Source: Patescibacteria group bacterium (GTDB lineage Bacteria; Patescibacteriota; Minisyncoccia; UBA6257; HR35). From it: a stretch of DNA of 32,000 bases. Below, one piece after another: positions 18,441-28,047 of the stretch. The stretch is from the NCBI GenBank assembly GCA_030549845.1, contig JAUQQN010000002.1, forward strand, positions 90,001 to 122,000. The letters are read 5' to 3'. Both the position numbers and the translations under genes were made by a program. How positions within the stretch are numbered: the stretch's first letter is position 1; each line of letters opens with the position of its first letter. Below the pieces are notes generated by a model, which had not been told where the DNA came from, did not search any database, and worked only from the letters and a program-made list of their open reading frames with translations.

Positions 18441-19391
18441 TCACTGTCCAAAGACCATAAAATTAATTCGAACATTTTTTAACTCAGATGAACATCTCCA
18501 AGAAAAGCTTACCTTAAAATGTGAAGGGTAATTATTTAACCTGCTTCCAAAAACCTCTATGTTATCACATGGATTTCTATCAACAAGACCATTCGTAGTA
18601 ATACCTCCTAAAGCGGTGTATACTCCTTTTATTTTATTTATCACCTGATATTCAGAAGATAAATTATAACCTTCAACTAAATTTATTCCATCACTGCAAC
18701 CTAACCGTCCACATATTTTAGCTTCAATAATATCAAATCTAGGTGCAGTTTGTATTTTTACGTCTAAAGCATAACCATAATCATAGTATCTGGGAGGTAA
18801 ATTTTTTAGCAACAGATGCCCTGTTAGTATTTTTGGTATTTTTGATTCTGTATATTCATCTACATACTGTTTAGTATATTCATCTACATACTGTTTAGTA
18901 ACTAATTCGTTAGGCTCAGTAGGAGTTGCAGAAGGATTAATTAATACACGTATAGGAGCAATAGAATTCGATTGAGTTAATGCACCAAAGTAAATTATTC
19001 CATCACAAAGCAGCGGATTTTGCCTACAAAGCGTTGGTGAAATTGTTGGCGATAATTCTTTGGGGGGAATTATTCCTATATATGAAAATTGATTATTTTG
19101 AAGTTTACCAGAATAAATCCATGTACCACTTGTTGCGCTTCTTATAGCTGTTTCAACATAATCATTAATTCTACTTTTTAATACAAAAGCTGGACCGAAA
19201 TCGTCATAAGCAAGGTAACCACGTCCTAAATTAAAGAATAAAAATTTAAAACCAACATTTTCTGTTTTAAAGGTTGTATACTTTTGTTGGGTCTGGCTGC
19301 TTAATATAGGGGCATTTAACATAAAAGCAAAAAATATAGATAAACAAATTCCCCAGGCTATTCCTTTGTAAAAGTATTTATTATTTTTCAT
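18441..19391 (-). CDS. Secreted Cys-containing protein with a tail-fibre-like duplicated motif (putative adhesin)
   Basis: N-terminal signal or anchor 'GIAWGICLSIFFAFMLNAP'. Seven Cys, six of them in close pairs (LCRQNPLLCDG, ICGRLGCSDG, NPCDN...WRCSS), suggest disulfides. Central 'ELVTKQYVDEYTKQYVDEY'. Confidence 0.65.
   Translation of the reverse strand: MKNNKYFYKGIAWGICLSIFFAFMLNAPILSSQTQQKYTTFKTENVGFKFLFFNLGRGYLAYDDFGPAFVLKSRINDYVETAIRSATSGTWIYSGKLQNNQFSYIGIIPPKELSPTISPTLCRQNPLLCDGIIYFGALTQSNSIAPIRVLINPSATPTEPNELVTKQYVDEYTKQYVDEYTESKIPKILTGHLLLKNLPPRYYDYGYALDVKIQTAPRFDIIEAKICGRLGCSDGINLVEGYNLSSEYQVINKIKGVYTALGGITTNGLVDRNPCDNIEVFGSRLNNYPSHFKVSFSWRCSSELKNVRINFMVFGQ
18851..18898. repeat. 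Perfect 2 x 24-bp tandem duplication inside the CDS
   Basis: tatattcatctacatactgtttag occurs at 18851-18874 and again at 18875-18898 with no mismatch. It encodes TKQYVDEY twice. Confidence 0.95.
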
Positions 19392-19418
19392 TTGCTTTAT
19401 TATTTTAATTTTAATTAT

Positions 19419-19446
19419 ACTATATTATATCTTATATCTAAGTCAA
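19419..19446 (-). promoter_or_regulatory. Candidate promoter for the 18441-19391 gene
   Basis: On the minus strand: TTGACT (19446-19441), 16-nt spacer, TATAGT (19424-19419). Lies about 28 nt upstream of the ATG, immediately after the rnj stop. Confidence 0.4.
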
Positions 19447-19464
19447 ACAAATGCTTTGAATAAA

Positions 19465-21249
19465 TCATACCTTTATAACAACTGGAATGATGACAGGTCT
19501 TCTTCCTGTTTTTCTAAATAAGAATTCACTTAATTCTTCTTTTAATGAATATTTTATTTGTTCTTCTTGAATTATCGGCGCTTCATCTCCTAAGAATTGA
19601 GTATTTTTTGCAACTATGTTTTTTATAATACTTCTTGATTCATTAAGTAAATCTTTAGATTCTCTTAAGTAAACAAAACCTCTTGAAATTATATCTGGAC
19701 TTGTTTTTATTTCTCCTGTTTTACTATCTATAGTAACAATAACAACAAAAATACCTTCTTCTGCTAAGGCTTTTCTATCTCTTAAAACAACATCTCCTAC
19801 TGAACCTAATCCTAAGCCATCTACATAAACTAAATTGGAAGGTACCTTTTCATTTGTCAACTTTACAGAATTAGCTTCCATTTTAACTACATCTCCATTA
19901 GCTGCTATAATTATTTTTTCTTTAGGGATTCCTAAATCTAAACCAATTTCTTCAACTGCTTTCATCATAAAATAATGACCATGCACTGGCATTAAATAAT
20001 TTGGCTTTGCTAAGTTTATAAATAACCTTATATCATCAGCAAAAGCATGACCTGAAGCATGAATATCCATCATTTGATAATGATAAATTTTTGCTCCTTG
20101 CTTTGTAAGTGTATCTTTGAGGTTTTGTATTATTCTTTCATTCCCTGGGATTATAGATGAAGAAAAAATTACAGAATCTCCATTAACTATTCTAAAGTAT
20201 TTATGCTCTCTATTTGCTATTCTCATAAGGGCAGAACCTTCTTCTGCTTGAGAGCCAGTGCATATTATTAAAACCTTATGAGGAGGCAATTTAAAGGAAT
20301 CTTCTGGTCTTATAAATATTCCTTTTTCAAACTTAAGATATCCTAATCTTTTTGCTACTTCTACATTAACCCTCATCGTATGGCCATCAATTACTACTTT
20401 TCTTCCATACAAACCTGCAAGGTATATTAATTGTTGGATTCTTTCAAGTAATGATGCAAAGGTTGAAGCTATTATTCTTCCTTTTGCTTTTTTAAATATT
20501 TCTTCTAAATTTTCCATTATTTTCCTTTCTGAAATTATATGCCCAGGTTCTGGTGCGTTTGTAGAATCAACCATCAAAAGGTCTACACCTTTATGAGCTA
20601 ATTTAACTACTCTTGAAAGATCAGCAGGTTTATCAAAAAATGGAGTGAAGTCTATTTTAAAGTCACCTGTATGCATAATATTGCCTACTGGAGTTTGTAT
20701 AAAGTATCCTATAGAATCTGGAATATTATGATTGACATGGAAATAATCAATAATAAAACTTCCTATTTTGAATGTTTTATAAGTATCCTTTTTAATTTCA
20801 TGAATTTCGAGTTTTCCTTGATGAGGAAAATCTTGCTGTCTTTTTATTATTATTCCTTTTGTAAGTGGTGTAGCATATATAGGAGGATTTCCTATTTTGT
20901 CTATGATGTAGGGGATAGCACCAATATGATCATAATGTCCATGAGTTATTAATATTCCTAAAATTTTATCCTTATTTTCAATTAAATATTCTAGATTGGG
21001 AATAGTATAATCAATACCTAAAGTGTTTTCTATATCGGGATAACCTAAGCCCATATCTAAAATTAAAATTTCTTCTTTACCCTTGATTGGGAACCAATGA
21101 AATATTGTCAAATTTCTTCCGACTTCTTCTAGCCCACTAATAGGTATAATCTTCAATACACCTTCTTTTAAAGTTTTTTGTTTGTTGAATTTTCTTTGTG
21201 GCAATTTAGAAAGATCCTCTAATGTTTCTTGAGTTTTTAACGCATCCAT
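19465..21249 (-). CDS. rnj: Ribonuclease J (metallo-beta-lactamase/beta-CASP)
   Basis: 'LKIIPISGLEEVGRNLT', 'ITHGHYDHIGAIPY'. Length is 594 aa with the beta-CASP and C-terminal domain layout. Confidence 0.92.
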   Translation of the reverse strand: MDALKTQETLEDLSKLPQRKFNKQKTLKEGVLKIIPISGLEEVGRNLTIFHWFPIKGKEEILILDMGLGYPDIENTLGIDYTIPNLEYLIENKDKILGILITHGHYDHIGAIPYIIDKIGNPPIYATPLTKGIIIKRQQDFPHQGKLEIHEIKKDTYKTFKIGSFIIDYFHVNHNIPDSIGYFIQTPVGNIMHTGDFKIDFTPFFDKPADLSRVVKLAHKGVDLLMVDSTNAPEPGHIISERKIMENLEEIFKKAKGRIIASTFASLLERIQQLIYLAGLYGRKVVIDGHTMRVNVEVAKRLGYLKFEKGIFIRPEDSFKLPPHKVLIICTGSQAEEGSALMRIANREHKYFRIVNGDSVIFSSSIIPGNERIIQNLKDTLTKQGAKIYHYQMMDIHASGHAFADDIRLFINLAKPNYLMPVHGHYFMMKAVEEIGLDLGIPKEKIIIAANGDVVKMEANSVKLTNEKVPSNLVYVDGLGLGSVGDVVLRDRKALAEEGIFVVIVTIDSKTGEIKTSPDIISRGFVYLRESKDLLNESRSIIKNIVAKNTQFLGDEAPIIQEEQIKYSLKEELSEFLFRKTGRRPVIIPVVIKV

Positions 21250-21312
21250 TTCTCTAAAAGAAAAAATTTAATTTAAACGACCAGGAAATTTAAAAATTAG
21301 AGAATAAATATT

Positions 21313-21396
21313 TGCCGAGGGTGGGATTCGAACCCACACGGCCTAACAGCCACAAGGCTCTGAACCTTGCGCGTCTTCCAATTCCGCCACCTCGGC
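21313..21396 (-). tRNA. tRNA-Leu (anticodon CAG), long variable arm, CCA not encoded
   Basis: Reverse complement GCCGAGG...CAAGG-TTCAGAG-CCTTG, a 15-nt variable arm, GTGGG-TTCGAAT-CCCAC, CCTCGGC-A. Length is 84 nt. Confidence 0.95.
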
Positions 21397-21403
21397 AATT
21401 AAA

Positions 21404-22366
21404 TTAATAACCATAGAAAACCACTTCCGGAATTAAAGCATATGCATTTGTTGTATTAGGTACCACCCTAATCCTAATTTCACCTGTTGTCTTTCCAATA
21501 GGAACGTTAACTATTCCATTTGAAGCCGTGGTTGAAGCTACTTCAATAAATTGAGAAGTAGAACTACTCCAATAAAGTATAGAAATCCTCGTATTACCTA
21601 TCAAATTACCTCCATTTAGATACAATATTCCATAATCAACATATCTAGGAACAGACATAGAAAAAATTATAAAATAATCTTCTAATTTTGAGGTAGTAGA
21701 TGGATGATCACCAATTAAAACTGAGGGAGATAAAAGTCCATCATGTAATAAGGGGGCTTCACAGTTTGCAAGTGATGGAGAAGGTGTAGCTGCTGCATAA
21801 GTAATATTTTTAAAGCTTAATAAATTTAAATTCTCTAGATATGCAAAATTTAAATTTGTAGAATATACAATGGGAACAACGAGACACTCATATAAAGTAT
21901 CGTTCCCATTTGCGATATAATATTTACCTTCTAAGTCTATGATATTAGATAGGTTTATTTGAACTTCTTTTATAACACCTGCTTCTCTTTTCGCTATCCA
22001 TTTAAATATCCATTGTATAGGGAAAATCAGATCTCTAAAACCAAAATAGCCTTCGTAAATTATAGGAAGCACTTGTTCACCATATATTGTTATTGTATAA
22101 GGTGCTTTAAAGAATGGTATCAAATTTTCACCACCAAAATAAGGAACTGAAATTTCTGATTGTGGTGGGATGTTTATCGTATTTAATTTGTAAAGCCCGT
22201 ATTCTAATGAAGAAATAACAGAAGAAAACCAATCGCCTCCTCTTTCAATCAAGCGACTTAAAGAAGTAATTTTTGAAGACATTAAACTTATACCTATTAT
22301 TGTTGAAACTGCTAACACCAACAAAACAAGTAGAGTTATTAAAAGAATTTGGGCCTTTTTATTCAT
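21404..22366 (-). CDS. Large minor-pseudopilin-like protein (GspK/PilX-like position), membrane-anchored
   Basis: N-terminus 'MNKKAQILLITLLVLLVLAVSTIIG' is pilin-like but lacks Glu+5, as in GspK-type proteins. The start overlaps the upstream pilin gene by 8 nt. The C-terminal ~90 aa look beta-rich and end in 'IPEVVFYGY'. Confidence 0.5.
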   Translation of the reverse strand: MNKKAQILLITLLVLLVLAVSTIIGISLMSSKITSLSRLIERGGDWFSSVISSLEYGLYKLNTINIPPQSEISVPYFGGENLIPFFKAPYTITIYGEQVLPIIYEGYFGFRDLIFPIQWIFKWIAKREAGVIKEVQINLSNIIDLEGKYYIANGNDTLYECLVVPIVYSTNLNFAYLENLNLLSFKNITYAAATPSPSLANCEAPLLHDGLLSPSVLIGDHPSTTSKLEDYFIIFSMSVPRYVDYGILYLNGGNLIGNTRISILYWSSSTSQFIEVASTTASNGIVNVPIGKTTGEIRIRVVPNTTNAYALIPEVVFYGY

Positions 22367-22823
22367 TAAAACTTAATTTATAAATTACTGATGTTGCTGA
22401 AAGGTTTTGATCTCCTTTCAAATTAGAAACATTTATAAAAACTTTTACATAAGGGCCTGATGTGCTTACTAGAAAATCCATAAGCTTTATATTAGAGCTT
22501 GTATACCTATCTGTTCCGCTTGCATTTTCTATATACAAACTACTACCTGAAGCAAATAACTTTTCATAAGAATTATTAAACTCAAAACTTACCGAAGAGG
22601 TGGTTGTTTGGATGTTTTTTGCTTCTATACTATTATAATAAATTTTGTGTAAGATTTTAAACATCTCGTTTGATAGGGTTACTTTATCAAAATAAAACGA
22701 AGTATAGTAAATTATACCATATATTATCCCAAGAATCAATATAAAACTAATAGCAGCAATTCCAATATAAACTAAAAGTTCAACCAACGTAAATCCTTTG
22801 TTATGGTAAATAAACTTCTCCAT
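22359..22823 (-). CDS. Type IV prepilin-like protein (minor pseudopilin)
   Basis: Canonical class III signal 'MEKFIYHNKG|FTLVELLVYIGIAAISF' (Gly-1, Phe+1, Glu+5). Confidence 0.85.
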   Translation of the reverse strand: MEKFIYHNKGFTLVELLVYIGIAAISFILILGIIYGIIYYTSFYFDKVTLSNEMFKILHKIYYNSIEAKNIQTTTSSVSFEFNNSYEKLFASGSSLYIENASGTDRYTSSNIKLMDFLVSTSGPYVKVFINVSNLKGDQNLSATSVIYKLSFNE

Positions 22824-23361
22824 TTATATTAACGTTTTCTGTTTTGGTGGAATAATAAATTAGAGATGTTGTTGGAGTAATTACAATTATACTTGAAGTT
22901 GCTTCTTTCCATTCATCTTGAAAAATAGCTCTTTCCTTTAAGTTTGTTAGAACAATTAATGATGATTTTAAGGTGTTTGGAGATTGAACATAAATTCTCA
23001 GTAATTTTTGAGAAGGATCTCCTTCCAAGGTCTTATTTTCTACAGTAAACCAGACATAATAATTTTCTAATTTATACGGATAAAGTTCTCTTCCTTCTAT
23101 TATCTCGTAACCTGTTGAAGTAGGTGATAAAAAATAACTTACATTTTCTTCTAATTTATCTAATTGTGAGAAGTTTTCTCTTGCTATCCCTAATAAGATA
23201 TAAGAATAATTTGAAGAAAGATTATAAACTACTAATGCTTCTTCAGAAAGCTTTAAAGATTTTGAAACTATAGTAAACAGCGCAAAAATCAAAATAGCGA
23301 CCAAAATAAATACAGAAAGTCCTACTATTACTTCTACTAATATTTGGGATTTAAATTTCAT
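22801..23361 (-). CDS. Pseudopilin-like protein with a degenerate prepilin signal
   Basis: 'MKFKS|QILVEVIVGLSVFILVAILIF' keeps Glu+5 and the hydrophobic helix but has Ser, not Gly, at -1. Starts 7 nt after the fusA stop and overlaps the next pilin gene by 23 nt. Confidence 0.55.
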   Translation of the reverse strand: MKFKSQILVEVIVGLSVFILVAILIFALFTIVSKSLKLSEEALVVYNLSSNYSYILLGIARENFSQLDKLEENVSYFLSPTSTGYEIIEGRELYPYKLENYYVWFTVENKTLEGDPSQKLLRIYVQSPNTLKSSLIVLTNLKERAIFQDEWKEATSSIIVITPTTSLIYYSTKTENVNINGEVYLP

Positions 23362-23368
23362 AAAAAAT

Positions 23369-25501
23369 TTATTTATGTTTCAAACTTTGTCTATTGTTTA
23401 TAATAACATCAAAAAGATATTGCGGTACTTCTTGATAATGCGAAAATTCCATATAGCTAAATCCTCTTCCTTGAGTTAAAGATCTTAAAACGGTAACATA
23501 GCCAAACATTTCAGCAAGTGGGACTTTTGCATTTATTTTTTTCATTTCTCCTTGATCCTCCACTAATTCTATTTTAGCCCTTCTTGAAGAAAGATCTCCA
23601 ATTACATCACCTAAAAATTCAGACGGAACTATTACTTCTAATTTCATTATTGGCTCTAAAAATATAGGATTGCCCTTTTTTATGGCATCCTTAAAAGCAA
23701 TTTCTGCTGCTATTTTAAAAGCTAAATCAGATGAGTCAACTTCATGAAAAGAGCCATCAAATAATGTAACCCTTACATCCCTTACCGGATAGCCAGCAAT
23801 TACACCTTTTTCCATGGCTTCTTTTATTCCTTTTTCAACAGCAGGGATAAAGTTGTCAGGTATAACGCCGCCTTTAATAGCATTTACAAATTCAAATCCT
23901 TTACCTCTTTCTAATGGTTCGACTCTTATAACTACATGTCCGTATTGCCCTCTACCTCCGCTTTGCCTAATATATTTTCCTTCAGCTTCAACTGTTTTGG
24001 TTATAGTTTCATGATAAGCAACCTGCGGAACACCAACGTTTGTTTCAACCTTAAATTCTCTTTTTAGTCTATCCACCATAATTTCTAAATGAAGCTCTCC
24101 CATACCTCCTATTAAAGTATCACCTGTTTCTTGGTCTACTTTTATTTTAAAAGTAGGATCTTCATCAGATAAAGCTTTCAAGTATATACCCATTTTTTCT
24201 TGGTCTTGTTTTGTTTTTGGTTCTATTTTCATCCATATCACAGGTTCAGCGAATTGTATTGCTTCTAACCTAATAGGATGCTTCGGATCGCAAATTGTAT
24301 CTCCTGTTTTAAGTTCTTTAACCCCAACTAGTGCACCAATGTCTCCAGCAAATAATTCCTCTATTTCTTCTCTATGATTCGCGTGCATTCTAACTATTCT
24401 TCCAGCTCTAAATGTTTCTCCAGTTCTTGTGTTTAATATAGTGTCACCTCTCTTTAAAACTCCTGAATATACTCTTATATATGTTAGCGAACCAACAAAT
24501 GGGTCGACAGCAAGCTTAAACGCTAAGGCGCAAAATGGTTCGTTATCATCTGATTTTCTGTATATTTCAGCACCAGTATCAGGATGCCAACCTCTTACAG
24601 GTGGCAAATCAACAGGAGAAGGCAAAAAGTCAATTACCCCATCTAAAATTAATTGAACACCTTTATTTTTCAAAGCTGAACCTGCATAAACTGGTATAAA
24701 AGTATAGTTTATACAAGCCCTTCTAATTGCTTCTCTTATTTCATCTTCATTAAATTCTCCCTTAAAGTATTTTTCCATAAATATCTCATCTGATTCTGCT
24801 AATTTTTCTAACATCATATTTCTATATTTTTCAGCATATTCTTTTAGTTCATTTGGTATCTCTTCCACTTTTAAAATTTCTCCTTTGTCTCCTTCAAAGT
24901 AAACGGCTTTCATTCTTATTAGATCTATAACTCCCTTGAAAGCTTCTTCTATTCCTATAGGGATAGTAACAGGTACAGCATTTTTTGTAAGCCTTTGATG
25001 AATAGATTGTAAAGATTTTTCAAAGTTTGCACCTAATCTATCTAATTTATTTATAAAGCATAACCTAGGCACCTTATACTTATCTGCTTGATGCCAAACA
25101 GTTTCGGATTGAGCTTCAACTCCTTGTACCCCATCAAATATAACTATTGCTCCATCTAAAACACGTAAAGAGCGCTCAACTTCAGCAGTGAAATCTACAT
25201 GGCCTGGGGTATCAATTATGTTTATTTTATATTCCCCTTTTATTCTTTCTTCTTTTGTAGTTGCTTGTTTTTTATAACTTTGAGTCCAAAAACATGTAAC
25301 AGCAGCAGCAGTGATAGTTATACCTCTTTCTCTTTCTTGTGGCATCCAATCAGTAACAGTTGTACCTTCATGCACTTCACCAATTTTGTGAGACATTCCA
25401 GTGTAATACAAAATTCTTTCAGTGGTTGTTGTTTTACCAGCATCAATATGAGCTATTATTCCTATATTTCTTGTCTTTTCAATTGAATAAATCCTTGGCA
25501 T
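23369..25501 (-). CDS. fusA: Translation elongation factor G
   Basis: '[15 protein letters not shown]', 'DTPGHVDF', 'NKLDR'. Length is 710 aa. Confidence 0.98.
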   Translation of the reverse strand: MPRIYSIEKTRNIGIIAHIDAGKTTTTERILYYTGMSHKIGEVHEGTTVTDWMPQERERGITITAAAVTCFWTQSYKKQATTKEERIKGEYKINIIDTPGHVDFTAEVERSLRVLDGAIVIFDGVQGVEAQSETVWHQADKYKVPRLCFINKLDRLGANFEKSLQSIHQRLTKNAVPVTIPIGIEEAFKGVIDLIRMKAVYFEGDKGEILKVEEIPNELKEYAEKYRNMMLEKLAESDEIFMEKYFKGEFNEDEIREAIRRACINYTFIPVYAGSALKNKGVQLILDGVIDFLPSPVDLPPVRGWHPDTGAEIYRKSDDNEPFCALAFKLAVDPFVGSLTYIRVYSGVLKRGDTILNTRTGETFRAGRIVRMHANHREEIEELFAGDIGALVGVKELKTGDTICDPKHPIRLEAIQFAEPVIWMKIEPKTKQDQEKMGIYLKALSDEDPTFKIKVDQETGDTLIGGMGELHLEIMVDRLKREFKVETNVGVPQVAYHETITKTVEAEGKYIRQSGGRGQYGHVVIRVEPLERGKGFEFVNAIKGGVIPDNFIPAVEKGIKEAMEKGVIAGYPVRDVRVTLFDGSFHEVDSSDLAFKIAAEIAFKDAIKKGNPIFLEPIMKLEVIVPSEFLGDVIGDLSSRRAKIELVEDQGEMKKINAKVPLAEMFGYVTVLRSLTQGRGFSYMEFSHYQEVPQYLFDVIINNRQSLKHK

Positions 25502-25528
25502 TTTAATAGATTATAGAATAGAAATTAA

Positions 25529-26020
25529 TTATTTTTTCTTTTTACGCCCCCACCAAGCAAAGTGGGCAAAAGCTCTGTTAATTTCTGCTAGTTTGTGCAT
25601 TTCATTTTTCTTTCTTACTGCTTCTCCTTCATTATTTGCGGCTGCTATTATTTCTTCTGCTAATTTTATATACATGGGTTTCCCCTTTTTGTTTCTCGCA
25701 GCTTCTATTATCCATTTTACAGCTTTGGAAAACCTTCTTTCAGCTCGAACAACTCTTGGAACTAAATAAGTAGCTCCTGCAATTCTACGAGGCCAAACTT
25801 CTAAAAGTGGAGCTACGTTTTTTAATGCTTGCTGAAACATTTTAAATGGATCTTGTCCTGTTTTTTCCTTTATATAATCCATTGCAGAATAGAAAATTTT
25901 TTGAGCCTTAGTTTTTTTACCATCTTTCATAAGATTATTAATAAATCTAGTAACAGCAATTGAATTATAAACAGGATCAGGTAGCCATTTTCTTTCAATT
26001 TGCACTGGTCTTCTTGCCAT
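25529..26020 (-). CDS. rpsG: 30S ribosomal protein S7
   Basis: '[20 protein letters not shown]...' is a typical S7. The start overlaps the rpsL stop (TAATG). Confidence 0.97.
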   Translation of the reverse strand: MARRPVQIERKWLPDPVYNSIAVTRFINNLMKDGKKTKAQKIFYSAMDYIKEKTGQDPFKMFQQALKNVAPLLEVWPRRIAGATYLVPRVVRAERRFSKAVKWIIEAARNKKGKPMYIKLAEEIIAAANNEGEAVRKKNEMHKLAEINRAFAHFAWWGRKKKK

Positions 26021-26430
26021 TATTTTTCTTTCTTAACTCCATATAATGAACGACCTTGCTTTCTTCCTTCAACCGGAGCTGCATCATAGACACCTCTTAC
26101 AATATGATATCTAACGCCTGGTAAGTCTTTAACCCTACCTCCTCTTACTAAAACAATTGAGTGTTCTTGAAGGTTGTGGCCTATTCCTGGAATATAGGCA
26201 GTTACTTCTTTGCCATTGCTTAATCTAACTTTTGCTACTTTTCTTAAAGCAGAATTAGGTTTTTTAGGAGTCATTGTATAAACCCTAACACACACTCCTC
26301 TTTTAAAAGGAGCTGGTAAATAAATTTCTTTCTTCTTCAACGAATTATAATGCCACAAAAGAGCAGTGGCTCTCTTTTTTTCTTTTCTTTTTTCTCTGCC
26401 TTTTCTTATGAGTTGATTTATTGTTGGCAT
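26020..26430 (-). CDS. rpsL: 30S ribosomal protein S12
   Basis: '[12 protein letters not shown]', '[37 protein letters not shown]'. Confidence 0.98.
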   Translation of the reverse strand: MPTINQLIRKGREKRKEKKRATALLWHYNSLKKKEIYLPAPFKRGVCVRVYTMTPKKPNSALRKVAKVRLSNGKEVTAYIPGIGHNLQEHSIVLVRGGRVKDLPGVRYHIVRGVYDAAPVEGRKQGRSLYGVKKEK

Positions 26431-26460
26431 TTTATTTAAGCTAATAATAAAATAGCTATC

Positions 26461-26532
26461 TGCCTGGGGAGGGAATCGAACCCCCGACGCCGGGCTCTTC
26501 AGGCCCGCGCTCTACCACTGAGCTACCCAGGC
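26461..26532 (-). tRNA. tRNA-Phe (anticodon GAA), CCA not encoded
   Basis: Reverse complement GCCTGGG-TA-GCTC-AGTGGTA-GAGC-G-CGGGC-CTGAAGA-GCCCG-GCGTC-GGGGG-TTCGATT-CCCTC-CCCAGGC-A. Length is 72 nt. Confidence 0.95.
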
Positions 26533-26569
26533 TTTTAGTATCTTTTAAAAGTTTATTAATCTTATTATA

Positions 26570-28027
26570 TCAAATTTCTTTTTCTTTTACAAATGGGAAG
26601 TAAATTACATCTTTTAAGCTTTTAGAATTTGTTAAAATCATAACTAACCTATCTATTCCTATACCTAAACCTGCGGTAGGAGGCATTCCATATTCAAGCG
26701 CTTCTATGAACGTTTCATCATAAGGATGAGCTTCTTCATCTCCTTTTTTAATCTGTTCTGCTTCTTGAAGAAACCTTTCTTTTTGATCAATAGGATCATT
26801 TAATTCTGCAAACGCATTAATTATTTCTAAACCACCAACATAACCCTGGAATCTTAAGGTAAGTTCAGGATTTTTTGGGTTTCTTTTGGCAAGTGGAGAA
26901 ATTTCTAATGGGTGGTCTATTAAAAATGTTGGTTGAATCAAATTAGAACGTATCATCTTTTTAAATATTTCATCAACTATTTTACCTTTTGTTATTACCT
27001 TGGGATTAAATTCGATATTATTTTTTTCAGCAAAATTTATAAAATCTTCTAAGGGATTTTTAAAGTAATCCAAGCCTGTGTATTTTTTTATTATGTCAAC
27101 ATATTTCAGCCTTTTCCATTTATTTTTAAAGTTTATTTTTTTGCCTTGGTACTCAATTGTGTAAATATCTTTCTTCTTAAAATACTTATTAAATTTAACA
27201 ACTAACTCCTTAAGTAAATCCTCAACGAATTTCATTAGCTTTTCCCTATCGCAATAAGCATAATAAAGTTCCATCATGGTAAATTCAGGATTGTGTTCTC
27301 TATCTATTCCTTCATTTCTAAAATTTTTACCAATTTCAAATATTTTCTCAAATCCACCTACGATCATTTTTTTTAGGTATAATTCAGGGGCTATTCTTAA
27401 ATAAAGAGGTATATCCAGAGCCTCTAAATATGTCCTAAAAGGCTTTGCTAAAGCACCACCATAGTGAGTTTGTAAAATAGGAGTTTCTACTTCTACAAAT
27501 CCTTTATCCCATAAAATTTCCCTTAAAAATCTGATTATCAAAAACCGCTTATCGAATGTTTCTTTATATTCTTTATAAAAAACAGTTTTTAAATAAGGAC
27601 ATCTTACCAAGAGTTCTTCGTCTTTAACTTTATAATACTCTTTCGGAAAATTTTTAAGAATTTTAGCAAGTAAAACAAATTTTTTGGTTAAAATGCTTTT
27701 CTCTTTAGTAGCAGGCAAAAAGGCTTCACCAAATATATTTACAAAATCACCTATATTAAAAATTTCTTTAAATAATTTGAAATCTTTTGTAAAGTCACTT
27801 TTTAAAATGCATTGAATTTTATTTGATTCATCCTTTAAATCTATAAATATAATATTGCCATGATCTCTTATTGCCATAATTCTTCCTGCAACCCAAAACC
27901 TTTTTTTGTTTTTCAAAAATTTGTTGAAATTTTTTAAAACCTCATTAATTATAAAATCTCTTTTACAATAAGCTGGATAAGGATCTATTTTTAAAGATTT
28001 TATCTTTTTAATTATTTCTTCATCCAT
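26570..28027 (-). CDS. lysS: Lysyl-tRNA synthetase, class II
   Basis: 'FRNEGIDREHNPEFTMMELY' (motif 2 region) and 'GLGIGIDRLVM' (motif 3). Length is 485 aa. Confidence 0.96.
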   Translation of the reverse strand: MDEEIIKKIKSLKIDPYPAYCKRDFIINEVLKNFNKFLKNKKRFWVAGRIMAIRDHGNIIFIDLKDESNKIQCILKSDFTKDFKLFKEIFNIGDFVNIFGEAFLPATKEKSILTKKFVLLAKILKNFPKEYYKVKDEELLVRCPYLKTVFYKEYKETFDKRFLIIRFLREILWDKGFVEVETPILQTHYGGALAKPFRTYLEALDIPLYLRIAPELYLKKMIVGGFEKIFEIGKNFRNEGIDREHNPEFTMMELYYAYCDREKLMKFVEDLLKELVVKFNKYFKKKDIYTIEYQGKKINFKNKWKRLKYVDIIKKYTGLDYFKNPLEDFINFAEKNNIEFNPKVITKGKIVDEIFKKMIRSNLIQPTFLIDHPLEISPLAKRNPKNPELTLRFQGYVGGLEIINAFAELNDPIDQKERFLQEAEQIKKGDEEAHPYDETFIEALEYGMPPTAGLGIGIDRLVMILTNSKSLKDVIYFPFVKEKEI

Positions 28028-28047
28028 TTTTAAAAATTATATCATTC

